Position numbers and translations under genes: made by a program
Shown: piece by piece, positions 27,178 through 36,863 of the stretch
Layout: the number at the start of each line of letters is the position of its first letter
Numbering within the stretch: the stretch's first letter is position 1
NCBI GenBank assembly: GCA_045650565.1
Contig: JAZRRG010000042.1
Span: 19,546 to 83,545 of the forward strand
Length of the DNA: 64,000 nucleotides
Origin: Acutalibacteraceae bacterium
Lineage (GTDB): Bacteria > Bacillota > Clostridia > Oscillospirales > Acutalibacteraceae
Direction of reading: 5' to 3'
Notes under the pieces: model-generated
Databases searched by the model: none
The model's input: the letters and a program-made list of their open reading frames with translations, nothing else
What the model was told of the DNA's origin: nothing

Positions 27178-29096
27178 TTGTGCCTATGAAAAAGGTGTCC
27201 CTTTTTATAAAGGGAGATAAAAAACAGGAAACCCTCAAAAAACTTCGCAAATTAGGAATTGTTCATATTGAAATAACCGAGGGCGCAGGTGAAAAGCTTG
27301 TAGAATTAGGAGAGCAGATTGCTTTGCTCGAAAATGCGGCTTTCACAATAGGCAAAAAGAAAGATGCCGAGCAAAAAAGCATAACGTATAAAAAAGCTTT
27401 GTCTATTGCAACCGAAATTGCTGCCCTTGAGGAAGAAAAAAAGAAATGCCAAGCCGAAAGGATTGCGCTGAATTCCGAGCTTGACCGCCTAAAAAGCTGG
27501 GGTGATATTGACCCGAACAGTATAAGCGATTTGGCGGCAAGAGGGGTCGAGGTGTCCTTTTACGAGATGCCACGAAGTGAGTATGAGGCGTTGCCCGACA
27601 GCATTAAAACCGTAAAGCTTGAGCAGAGCAAAGCTTCACTCAAGTTTTTACTGCTCGAATCTGATTCGGTGCTCGATGGTAAGGTTGTTTCATCCTTGAA
27701 CAGTTGCAGATTGGTACTGCCACAAGCATCCACCGAACAAATGAGGCAAAAAATTTCCGAAATCAGCGCTCGTATCGATGCGATAGATGAGCAAACGGCG
27801 TCATATATTTGTTATGCTGACAGTATTAGGGATGCAATAAAGTTGCTTGAAAAGGAAATCGAATTTGAAACCTATACTACGGGTATGGCAGATGAAAACC
27901 TGTCGGCTAACGGAAATAATGCGGTTTCGGTAGCTTATTTCAAGGGATATATCGAGCAAGAAAACCTTGATAGGTTAAAAATAAGCGCAAAGAAAAATTC
28001 TTGGGGACTTCTCATAGAGGAGCCGAGCGAAGAGGATAACGTTCCTACAAAGCTAAAAAACAATAGGTTTGTAAGTCTTATTTATCCCTTAACCGATTTT
28101 CTCGGCACCGTTCCCGGATATTTTGAGTATGACATTTCGGGCTGGTTTTTGGCGTTCATACTTATATTCTTCGGTATTATTTTCGGAGATGGAGGTTATG
28201 GACTGCTGATATCCTTAGTGGCGGCGATTCCTGTTATAAAATCGCTTATTAACAAAAAGAAAGCTTCCCCCTTGTTTTTACTTGTAGGACTCTTCGGGCT
28301 GTCAACTGTTTTTTGGGGAACGCTTACTTGCACTTGGTTTGGTCTTTCGCCCGAGCAGCTACCTGCGTGGCTGAAAAGCTTGTCCATACCGGTAATCTCA
28401 AATGTGTATGCGGATAAAATTTGGCAGTTACCTTGGACCGATAGCGGTGTGGGACTCACAACGGCTCAAAATCTGCAAATATTCTGCTTTTCACTCGCCC
28501 TGATACAGCTTACGGTCGCTCACATAAAGGGTGCTGTGAGAAATAAGGGTAAGGTTAAAATGCTGGGGGACATCGGTTCCATATTACAGCTTTTAGGTAT
28601 TTATTATTTGGTGCTGAGTTTGGTTGTTAACGCCCAGGTATTTAGCTTCGGGCTCGTAATCGGCGGTATTCCCGTAGGAACTCTCGCCATCGCCCTTATA
28701 GCCATCGGCTTTGTTTTAAGCTTTGTGTTTTCAAACTATGAAGGCAGTATAATAAAATCGATACTTTCAAGTCTTACAAATATCGTGTCGGTATTGCTCG
28801 GTGTTGTAAACGTGTTCTCGGACATTGTTTCGTATATACGCCTTTGGGCTGTAGGACTCGCAGGTGCCGCAATATCTGCAACGGTAAACGAACTTGCAGG
28901 ACCGTTACTTGGCAACTTCTTGTTTATGATACTGGCTATTGTTTTGTTGGTGTTCGGTCACGGACTGAATATGATATTAAATGTTTTGTCGGTTATCGTT
29001 CACGGAATCAGACTTAACACCTTAGAATTCTCCTCGCATTTAGATATGTCGTGGAGTGGGCATAAATTCAAACCATTTAAAGAACAAATTGATTAA
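27174..29096 (+). CDS. ntpI: V-type ATPase subunit I (membrane stator, a-subunit homologue)
   Basis: ATGA overlap with ntpD. A soluble N-terminal half is followed by about 7 TM helices, with the conserved YIRLWAVGLAG arginine motif. Confidence 0.85.
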   Translation: MIVPMKKVSLFIKGDKKQETLKKLRKLGIVHIEITEGAGEKLVELGEQIALLENAAFTIGKKKDAEQKSITYKKALSIATEIAALEEEKKKCQAERIALNSELDRLKSWGDIDPNSISDLAARGVEVSFYEMPRSEYEALPDSIKTVKLEQSKASLKFLLLESDSVLDGKVVSSLNSCRLVLPQASTEQMRQKISEISARIDAIDEQTASYICYADSIRDAIKLLEKEIEFETYTTGMADENLSANGNNAVSVAYFKGYIEQENLDRLKISAKKNSWGLLIEEPSEEDNVPTKLKNNRFVSLIYPLTDFLGTVPGYFEYDISGWFLAFILIFFGIIFGDGGYGLLISLVAAIPVIKSLINKKKASPLFLLVGLFGLSTVFWGTLTCTWFGLSPEQLPAWLKSLSIPVISNVYADKIWQLPWTDSGVGLTTAQNLQIFCFSLALIQLTVAHIKGAVRNKGKVKMLGDIGSILQLLGIYYLVLSLVVNAQVFSFGLVIGGIPVGTLAIALIAIGFVLSFVFSNYEGSIIKSILSSLTNIVSVLLGVVNVFSDIVSYIRLWAVGLAGAAISATVNELAGPLLGNFLFMILAIVLLVFGHGLNMILNVLSVIVHGIRLNTLEFSSHLDMSWSGHKFKPFKEQID

Positions 29097-29109
29097 AAGG
29101 AGAATTATT

Positions 29110-29535
29110 ATGAATTTAGGAACATTGGGAACAGCGTTGGCTATGGGCATTGCCGCAATCGGCTCTGCTATTGGTATTGGTATTGCAGGTCAGGCATCAA
29201 TAGGTGCCTGGAAAAAGTGTTATATGAGCAACAAGGCAGCGCCGTTTATTCTTACTGTTTTTGCAGGTGCTCCGCTAACACAAACCATTTACGGCTTCCT
29301 TTTAATGCAGCAAATGAAGGCATCAACCGCCGACCCTGCATTTTTGCTGGGTATCGGAATCGCATCAAGTGTAGCGATGGCTGCCTCTGCTGTTTTTCAG
29401 GGTAAGGCGGGTGCCGCAGGCGCAGATGCATTAGCCGAGACAGGAAAGGGCTTCTCGCAGTATATTACTGTTGTTGGCCTTTGCGAAACAGTTGCATTGT
29501 TCGCACTTGTTTTCAGTATGGTAGCTTTAGGATAA
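29110..29535 (+). CDS. ntpK: V-type ATPase proteolipid subunit K (4-TM duplicated c-subunit)
   Basis: ATG 29110 follows AAAGGAG. PLTQTIYGF, FQGKAGAAG and GLCETVALFALV resemble the Enterococcus hirae NtpK ion-site segments. The ORF-track start at 29056 overlaps ntpI. Confidence 0.85.
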   Translation: MNLGTLGTALAMGIAAIGSAIGIGIAGQASIGAWKKCYMSNKAAPFILTVFAGAPLTQTIYGFLLMQQMKASTADPAFLLGIGIASSVAMAASAVFQGKAGAAGADALAETGKGFSQYITVVGLCETVALFALVFSMVALG

Positions 29536-29544
29536 AACCAAAAA

Positions 29545-29577
29545 TTAACGGGTGGACTTCCACCCGTTAATTTTTTT
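29545..29577 (+). terminator. Rho-independent terminator of the V-ATPase operon
   Basis: ttaacgggtgg-actt-ccacccgttaa followed by ttttttt. Confidence 0.9.
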
Positions 29578-29696
29578 ACGAAAAAAACGTTAAAAAAGGG
29601 ATAAAAACCATAAAAAAGCAGTTGAAAAAGGTGACCGCTTGTGATATCATTATTATGTATAAAAATAGGTTATTGTATCTTAACGGAGGTATACAA

Positions 29697-32600
29697 ATGA
29701 ACGTTACTTTTAAGCATTTCTCAAAAAAGGCGCTGTCGATGTTAATTATCCTTGCGGTAGTTATCTGTTCGTTCGGCACTACACTTTCTACCTTCGCCAA
29801 TTTAGGCGGCAGAGCAGAGGGTGTTGAAAACTACGAGGTGTCATATCGCTCACCCGCAGTGCCTATGTTCAAGAATACTATGATAGATTTGTCCGCTTTA
29901 AAGGTTCAGCTAACTAAAGACGGGGAGCTGGTAAGCGGTGCGGATATAACATGGTCTGCAACTGACCCTGCTGTGGCAGATTGTCTTGATGTTGCGGAGA
30001 AAACCTTCTCGGCTTTTGCAACGGGTATATTTAAGGTAACCGCTACATATAATGCAGTTTCAAAGGATATATATTTTATGGTAAACGAAGCGGGTAATTA
30101 CAACTTCGTTTTACTTGAATATGACTTTGCAAAAAATACATTTAATGCTGATGATTGGATAGTAGCTATGGCAAATGGTGCAAGACCGTCATCGGTTACT
30201 ACTATAAATGCTGCTACAGAACACGCTAAGTTCTATAGAATTGATATTAATGCACTTGGCGGTAGCAGTAAGGTGTTTAATGTTGAAACCTCTCGCGCAA
30301 CCATCTACGGCACAAATACTAACTATATGGTATTTTACAAAGCTCCTATTTTAGCTGACTTTGCTGACTATGAGTTTTCATCAGTGGTTAGAAGTGAAAA
30401 CTGGTATGATTCAAGCAACTCCGTTAGCCGTGGCTTTATCTTGAGAGCCAATATTAACACAAATGCTGCAATTTATAATGGCGCAAACGCTACGGCAGCA
30501 TCTATCTTTACATTACCCGAAGATACAACTACAGCAACGGGTACCGGCTTGTACCTTACAAACTACCTATACGGCGGTATCTCCGTAGGCGCTTACGGTA
30601 AGGGCTATTTTGACGGAACAACCACCGCAGCTGCAGGTCAGGTGCGCTACGGATACAACGCTTATGGATTCCACACATTAGGCGCTAATTATGACAATTA
30701 TAAAGTAATTGATGGTAAGAGTAATGGCGCAACATTTGATAAAAATTACTTAGTTACAAAGGCAAGCACAGCCAGAAGAACTGTAGATATTACCCTTAAG
30801 GGAAATGATATTAAGTATACTGTTGATAAGAACTATACCGTACTTGATACAATTAATAACGATAAAGTTTATCAGATTAAAAATGCAGTGATTGATAGTG
30901 CGAGTTATGCCACATCAAATGAAGAATTTGATTTTGATGCTGCATTCGCTGCAAAGGGTGTGTCAGATGCTGGTAATGCAATTGGTTTCCAGGCAACACA
31001 TAATGGTATACAGGTTTATTCCTTTAGCGTTAAGCTTGCGGGTATTGACGGTGCGGAGGATATGCCCGCCGCTTCGGCACTCAGCTTTGAAACAATTTCG
31101 GCAAAGAATAATATTATAGAGACCGCAGTGGGCGAGTCTGTAAATTTTGCAAAGTATCTATATGAATTTATCGGTGGTACATATCTTGGAAATGCATTAA
31201 CTTTTGGCTTTAGCGATAGCGATGCACCTTCCAACGATGCCGCATCCACTATCTCAGGCAAAACCTTTACTTCAAACAGCAAGGGCGTATATAACATTAC
31301 CGGTACCTACGGCTCTGAAAAAATAGAGTTTACAGTAATCGTTACCGATGGTGTAAATAAGTTATATCAGGTCGAGGATGGTTCTCCTGCAATTCCAATG
31401 TTTGTAACCACCAGTGTTGACTTAGGCGATATGGTGTTTGGCTTCAAGAACAACCTCTATTATTACGGCGCTGACATAGATTGGGGCGTTGATGAAAGCA
31501 ACTCTAACAATGCAGGTGTAATCTTAGATAATGCCAACAAGACAGTGTCTGTAATAGCAACAGGTACATATTGCCTCAAAGCAACCGTAAATACAACTGC
31601 CGGAGTGCAAGAGCGTAGAGTATACCTCTTGGTTAACAATGAGGGTGACCTTGACTTTAAGTTGGTTGATTACGATTTCTCGAAAAACAAATTTAATGCA
31701 GATGAATGGGTATTAGCTATTTCAAATGGCTCTGCCCCCGCTGATGTTACCACTATCAATGTGGGTACAAAACACGATAAGTTCTATAAGGTTCCGACAA
31801 AAACACAAAATGGCAACATAAAAATATTAGATGTTGCTACTACATCAGTGCATTTCTTTGGACAAAAAACAAATTATTTGGCTTTCTATAAAACTCCTGT
31901 TTTAGCAGATTTTGCAGATTATATTTTCTCTTCTACAGTAGATGTTTCCTATGAGGATTATGATTCAACCTATACTAACAGAGGTTTTGTTTTAAGAGCT
32001 AACATCAATACAGCAGCAGCAAATTATGATGGTACAAATGCTGCGGCATCTTCCATATTTAAACTTGCGGGGGATACCGATACGGCAACAGGAACAGGTC
32101 TTTATTTGATGAGCTTCCCCTATGGTGCGATATCGTTAGGTGCATATGGTAAAGGCTGGTTTGCAGGTCAGGGTGCCGACAGATACGGTTATAACCGTTA
32201 TACCGTGCATTCGTTAGGAAACACCGCTGCTGACTATGGTAGATTTGCTATAGACCTTACACCGGATGCTAACTATTTACTTTCCGATGAAAAGCAGTTG
32301 GTTAAGCGTGCTGTCGAAATCACCCTTAAGGGCAATGATGTTAAGTATGTGTTAGATGGAAACACCTTGCTTGATTCATTCTCCAAGCCCGTTTATATGC
32401 TTCAGGATGCGATGATAAACAATGCAAGCTTTCCAACTGTGAATAGTGAGCTTGTAAACTTTGATTCTGAATTTGAAAGATATGGCGTAACCGAGGCGGG
32501 TAATGCAATCGGCTTTGCGGTAACTCATGCAGGATTGCGCATACATTCCTTTAGTGTAAAGCTTATAGGTATTGAAACCGAGGCAGATATGCCCGCAGCC

Positions 32601-35600
32601 GAGCCGTTTAATGCATATATTGTTAAGGAGTCTTCTCCGGCGTTACCGATGACCGCCGCAACCAAGATTTCCCTTAGTGACTTTATGGTACAGCTCGGCG
32701 GCATTACATATAAGGCGAGCGATGCCGATTGGGGCAGTGTGGCTGCCGTACAAAACGGTGCAGTAGCAAACGGCGTTAAAATTGAGGGTGGCAACATCGT
32801 TGCTTACGAGCGCGGTGTTTATAGCGTAACCGCTACCTCAAAGGATGGCACTAATCGCACAGCAACAATATATATTATTGTTAAAAATGCTGATGAAGAT
32901 GAGTATGTAATCTACGAAAAGGATTATAGAGATGGCAAAACCGACACAAGCGACTGGAAAACAACCGTTTTAGCGGCTGACGGAACAGACCTTGGAATTA
33001 GTATAAGCGGTGACACCCGTAAAGACTCGGGCCTTATTTATGACTGGGCAACGTCTTCAATAAGCAAGCCCATCAACGGCTTTGTTCCCTATTCACCGAC
33101 AGACCTGTTTGATAAGGTTAGGGCTGTTAAGGGAACAAAGGATAAGGATACAGTAAAATACGGAACATACACATTGCTTGATAATGATGTTGTAAACGCT
33201 TTATCAGATTATACTGTAACAGCAGGACTTGGCGGATATCAAGGATATCGAGGTTCGGTTGGTGTTGTTGGCCGTGTTACAGGAACGGTTGACGGTAAAT
33301 ATACACCTGGCACATCAACAGATGTTGGATTCGCTTCGGCTACAGGCGGAAACTACATGATAGATTCCACCTATGTGGCAAAGAACAATCCTTACGTAAC
33401 TCTTAACGGCGCTTCCTCTAAAGTTGATATTAGCGACAGCGCTATAAAGAATTACTATTATACATCCCTTAACAATGCAGGTAAAACATTGATTTACCGT
33501 TCGTTTGAGGTGCAGTATAACGGCAGTAATATGTCGGTTTACACACCTTATGGGGATTCATACACAACGACCATTCAGGGTGGTAAAGGTACTGTTGGTG
33601 TTGTTGCATTTACCCATACTCAGCACAATAGCGCAAATATTGCGGGCATTGTTCTTGCTGATTTCAAGGTGTCTCTCAAGAACCTTGATTTAAGCAACCT
33701 AAAATACACGGAGATTACATATAATCCCGCAAAAACTCCTGTAGTTGCACCTAACTATACCGATAACGGAAACTATAAAATTACGGTAAAGGATGCATAT
33801 ATAAGCGCCGTTGATATTAAAAATTCATCCAATGCATATTCTCAAAAGATTGTTATTCCGTCAACAGTGGATGGCAAAAAGATAACAGCAGTTGGAACCA
33901 ACGTTTTCTATACGCTCTCAAGCAGTGTAAAGCAGTTAACAAATGCTTTCCACGAGGTTGTAATTTCCGAAGGAATCATAGAGGTTCAGGCCAATGCTTT
34001 CAGAGGCAACTATTTGATTGATAAAATTACCTTACCTGAAACGTTGACCAAGATAGGCAACTATGCATTTACAACAACCCATATAATAGACCTTGTTATT
34101 CCTTCCGCAGTGGCAACACTTGATGAAGGCGCATTCTATGGTGCAACTTGTTTGCATACAGTAAAAATCGGCTCTAGCTCTAATGAGATAGAAAACCTCT
34201 ACAAGAGCAATTTAAAAACAATCGCCAAGAGAGTATTCTTTAACAACAAATCTCTCGGTGAAGTTAAGCTTCCGATGGGACTTAGGCAAATTGGAGAGGA
34301 AGCATTTAAGGGCTGCGATAACCTTAAGAAAATATACATATACAATAGCGAAACAGTTATTATGACGGGTGCTATTCCCGCCACAGCTGTAATTTATGGT
34401 GCTACCGGTTCTACAGCCCAGGCGTATGCTGATGCGAACGGAAATACATTCGTAGCAATAGATGATAAGATCGCCGAGGTAAAAACTGCTTACGATGCTT
34501 ATATGGCAGCGCTTGAAGCAGAGGCCGAGGCAAAATCGCAGGTTACAGACACCAATGCAGCTTATGTGCTCAGCAAAAAATCTACCAGCTTTGTTTATGG
34601 TGTTACCGATTTAGTGCCCTCAAATTCTGCGGCGGGTAAATTCGTGCTTCCCACCAAGGGTAGCTATACATCACCTGCAGGTATAACCACTAATGATGTT
34701 ACAGTAACATACGTTAATGCCAGTGCTTTTAAAAACTCAGCATACGGCTTAAGCTTATACAATGTAGTTATACCAAAGGGATATAACGAAATTCAGTCGA
34801 GTGCATTTGCAGGTTGCTTAAATCTAAGGTATATAACCTTACCTGATACGCTGCACTTTATACGCGATTATGCTTTCGAGAGCACCAATCTTAGAACAGT
34901 GACGCTGCCCATAAATACGGCGGTAATTGGCAATGGTGCTTTCCGCAACGCATCATCCCTTACAACAGTTACTTTTGCCGAGGGCTCTGTTTGCTACACG
35001 CTGGGTGAGAGTGCCTTCCAGGGTACAGCAATTACAACAATTAAATTACCGGTTCATTTGAGAACTATCGGCAAAAAGGCATTTGCCGACACTCCGCTTA
35101 CCGATGTGTATATTTACAACCGTGAAGCCAAAATCGGCGAAGATGCATTCCCCGCAGGTACAAAGGTTCACGGTATTAAGGGTTCAACGGCTGAAGCGTA
35201 TGCAAAAGCAAACGGCTTAACCTTCGTAGCTGACGTTACTGATACTTGGGATACCGTAATAAACACTGTTAATCCTAACGGCAAGTTTGTGTTCTCTATA
35301 GGCAAAACAGGCGCCTACGGTGTATCGGCATACACAGCAGGAGGTAAGGTAGTTATCCCGTCGGTTGCTGATGTTACCGATTCCGAAGGAACTGTTACTA
35401 AGGGTGCGTTTATCTCTAAGATTGATATTAATATGTTCAAGGAAAAGAACAATAGATATCAGTTATTTAGTGTGGTGCTTCCGGAGGGAATCACAAAGAT
35501 TGAGGATTCTGCATTCTATCAGTGCGCAAACCTTGTAAAAATAAATCTACCTGCTTCAATAGTTAGCGTACAATCGTACGCATTTAGCAGCTGCGATATT

Positions 35601-36710
35601 CATGGTGAGCTTACCTTTGGTGTTAACTGTACCTCTATTGGACAGATGGCTTTCCATAACAACAAAAACTTAAAAGCCGTTTACATCTTAAATCCCGATT
35701 GTAGAATTGGCGATGATGCGTTCTCTGAAAGCACCAAAATTTTCGGTGTTGAGGGTTCCCAAGCTGAAAGATATGCCGAAAAATTCGGAAACGAATTTGT
35801 GGCTATAAAGGCAGGCGAGATGCCCAAGATTTCGGAAATTAAGGATACCGGCAACTATGTATTGGTTGGTGATGCCGCTACTTCAAGCGTAGTTGAATAT
35901 AAGCGCAAGGATGAAAGCAAGGGCTATTCACCCAAGGTTACCTTCCCCGATAAAATAGATGGTGCTAAAATGACAACTATTGGGGGCTCGTTATTTAGCA
36001 ATAAGCCGTACTCATATTCTTTGGAAGCGGTAGTAATTGCCGAGGGCTATACCACTATCGGTGATTCGGCGTTTAGCGGCTGCGCTAGACTCTCAAGAGT
36101 ACAACTTCCGTCAACACTTACCACTATTGGCGGTAAGGCCTTTGCAAACACTGCTTTAACAGGTGACCTGGTAATTCCCGAATCGGTAACCAAGATAGGC
36201 AGTAGTGCTTTTGCAGGATGTAATCTTAACTCTGTTACCATTTCGAATCCGACAGTAGAGATATCCGGCTTCGCATTTTCTAATGTTACAATTAGGGGCT
36301 TGACCAATTCTACGGCCGAAGAGTACTACTTAAAGTACAAGAGCAAGGGTCTTAAGTGGGTATCGATAGGCGAGTATAATGACCCGAACGCTCCGAAGGA
36401 AGAAGAACAGAGTGGCAGCACTCAACAAAATGGTGGCGATGTTAACGACCAAGGAACCATCACATTGTTTGGTGTTGAGGTTAACGACTTTACATTTATT
36501 ATCATAGTTGGAATTGGCGGTCTGATGCTCATTCTTCTTGTCGTAGGTGTTGTAATCGTATTGGTTGTTGTTAAGTCAAATGAAGACGATGATGATGACG
36601 ATGATGATGACGATGATGATGATGATGATGATGATGATGACGATGATGATGACGATGATGACGATGACGATGATGACGATGACGATGATTACGAAGATGA
36701 TGATGAATAG
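29697..36710 (+). CDS. Giant (2337-aa) cell-surface protein: signal peptide, three Ig-like plus jelly-roll-like modules, five BspA-type LRR blocks, C-terminal TM helix and poly-Asp tail
   Basis: ATG 29697 follows ACGGAGG, and the signal peptide is ALSMLIILAVVICSFGTTLSTFA. See the findings for repeat architecture. The LRR blocks resemble KI.DSAF..C..L..I.LP..L..IG..AF. TM segment FTFIIIVGIGGLMLILLVVGVVIVLVVV, then KSNE-D35-YEDDDE. Confidence 0.8.
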   Translation: MNVTFKHFSKKALSMLIILAVVICSFGTTLSTFANLGGRAEGVENYEVSYRSPAVPMFKNTMIDLSALKVQLTKDGELVSGADITWSATDPAVADCLDVAEKTFSAFATGIFKVTATYNAVSKDIYFMVNEAGNYNFVLLEYDFAKNTFNADDWIVAMANGARPSSVTTINAATEHAKFYRIDINALGGSSKVFNVETSRATIYGTNTNYMVFYKAPILADFADYEFSSVVRSENWYDSSNSVSRGFILRANINTNAAIYNGANATAASIFTLPEDTTTATGTGLYLTNYLYGGISVGAYGKGYFDGTTTAAAGQVRYGYNAYGFHTLGANYDNYKVIDGKSNGATFDKNYLVTKASTARRTVDITLKGNDIKYTVDKNYTVLDTINNDKVYQIKNAVIDSASYATSNEEFDFDAAFAAKGVSDAGNAIGFQATHNGIQVYSFSVKLAGIDGAEDMPAASALSFETISAKNNIIETAVGESVNFAKYLYEFIGGTYLGNALTFGFSDSDAPSNDAASTISGKTFTSNSKGVYNITGTYGSEKIEFTVIVTDGVNKLYQVEDGSPAIPMFVTTSVDLGDMVFGFKNNLYYYGADIDWGVDESNSNNAGVILDNANKTVSVIATGTYCLKATVNTTAGVQERRVYLLVNNEGDLDFKLVDYDFSKNKFNADEWVLAISNGSAPADVTTINVGTKHDKFYKVPTKTQNGNIKILDVATTSVHFFGQKTNYLAFYKTPVLADFADYIFSSTVDVSYEDYDSTYTNRGFVLRANINTAAANYDGTNAAASSIFKLAGDTDTATGTGLYLMSFPYGAISLGAYGKGWFAGQGADRYGYNRYTVHSLGNTAADYGRFAIDLTPDANYLLSDEKQLVKRAVEITLKGNDVKYVLDGNTLLDSFSKPVYMLQDAMINNASFPTVNSELVNFDSEFERYGVTEAGNAIGFAVTHAGLRIHSFSVKLIGIETEADMPAAEPFNAYIVKESSPALPMTAATKISLSDFMVQLGGITYKASDADWGSVAAVQNGAVANGVKIEGGNIVAYERGVYSVTATSKDGTNRTATIYIIVKNADEDEYVIYEKDYRDGKTDTSDWKTTVLAADGTDLGISISGDTRKDSGLIYDWATSSISKPINGFVPYSPTDLFDKVRAVKGTKDKDTVKYGTYTLLDNDVVNALSDYTVTAGLGGYQGYRGSVGVVGRVTGTVDGKYTPGTSTDVGFASATGGNYMIDSTYVAKNNPYVTLNGASSKVDISDSAIKNYYYTSLNNAGKTLIYRSFEVQYNGSNMSVYTPYGDSYTTTIQGGKGTVGVVAFTHTQHNSANIAGIVLADFKVSLKNLDLSNLKYTEITYNPAKTPVVAPNYTDNGNYKITVKDAYISAVDIKNSSNAYSQKIVIPSTVDGKKITAVGTNVFYTLSSSVKQLTNAFHEVVISEGIIEVQANAFRGNYLIDKITLPETLTKIGNYAFTTTHIIDLVIPSAVATLDEGAFYGATCLHTVKIGSSSNEIENLYKSNLKTIAKRVFFNNKSLGEVKLPMGLRQIGEEAFKGCDNLKKIYIYNSETVIMTGAIPATAVIYGATGSTAQAYADANGNTFVAIDDKIAEVKTAYDAYMAALEAEAEAKSQVTDTNAAYVLSKKSTSFVYGVTDLVPSNSAAGKFVLPTKGSYTSPAGITTNDVTVTYVNASAFKNSAYGLSLYNVVIPKGYNEIQSSAFAGCLNLRYITLPDTLHFIRDYAFESTNLRTVTLPINTAVIGNGAFRNASSLTTVTFAEGSVCYTLGESAFQGTAITTIKLPVHLRTIGKKAFADTPLTDVYIYNREAKIGEDAFPAGTKVHGIKGSTAEAYAKANGLTFVADVTDTWDTVINTVNPNGKFVFSIGKTGAYGVSAYTAGGKVVIPSVADVTDSEGTVTKGAFISKIDINMFKEKNNRYQLFSVVLPEGITKIEDSAFYQCANLVKINLPASIVSVQSYAFSSCDIHGELTFGVNCTSIGQMAFHNNKNLKAVYILNPDCRIGDDAFSESTKIFGVEGSQAERYAEKFGNEFVAIKAGEMPKISEIKDTGNYVLVGDAATSSVVEYKRKDESKGYSPKVTFPDKIDGAKMTTIGGSLFSNKPYSYSLEAVVIAEGYTTIGDSAFSGCARLSRVQLPSTLTTIGGKAFANTALTGDLVIPESVTKIGSSAFAGCNLNSVTISNPTVEISGFAFSNVTIRGLTNSTAEEYYLKYKSKGLKWVSIGEYNDPNAPKEEEQSGSTQQNGGDVNDQGTITLFGVEVNDFTFIIIVGIGGLMLILLVVGVVIVLVVVKSNEDDDDDDDDDDDDDDDDDDDDDDDDDDDDDDDDDDDYEDDDE
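36585..36689 (+). repeat. (GAT/GAC)35 trinucleotide tract encoding 35 consecutive Asp residues
   Basis: Counted directly: 105 nt of uninterrupted GAT/GAC codons, longest pure GAT run 9 codons, followed by TAC GAA GAT GAT GAT GAA TAG. Confidence 0.95.
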
Positions 36711-36727
36711 TCATTAGAAACAAAATT

Positions 36728-36763
36728 AAATATAGCCGCCGAATTATCGGCGGCTATATTTGT
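36728..36763. terminator. Perfect 15-bp hairpin terminator after the giant gene
   Basis: aaatatagccgccga-atta-tcggcggctatattt. Confidence 0.75.
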
Positions 36764-36811
36764 AAGAGTAGGAAATATTTTTAAAAAATAGGAATAATTA
36801 CTAATTTTATA

Positions 36812-36840
36812 TTGACTTTATAATTTTCTTATCGTATAAT
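36812..36840 (+). promoter_or_regulatory. SigA-type promoter for the glycyl-radical enzyme operon
   Basis: TTGACT (36812-36817), 17-nt spacer, TATAAT (36835-36840). Confidence 0.65.
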
Positions 36841-36863
36841 AATCTTGAAAGGGGCAGAGAATT

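Noticed and set aside
29622-29696. Upstream ATG start for the giant surface protein (also 29056 for ntpK, 10192, 16479, 18427, 43008, 55457, 57036, 57758, 60445 and 62635 for their genes)
   Set aside because: In each case a downstream in-frame start has a proper Shine-Dalgarno sequence. The downstream start also yields a canonical N-terminus (signal peptide or family-typical start), or removes an overlap with the upstream gene, a promoter or a riboswitch.
36585-36689. GAT/GAC tract as a non-coding satellite or CRISPR-like array
   Set aside because: It has no spacers and a 3-nt period. It is in frame with a 7 kb ORF that continues through it to a TAG stop followed by a strong terminator. It is a coding homopolymer tract.
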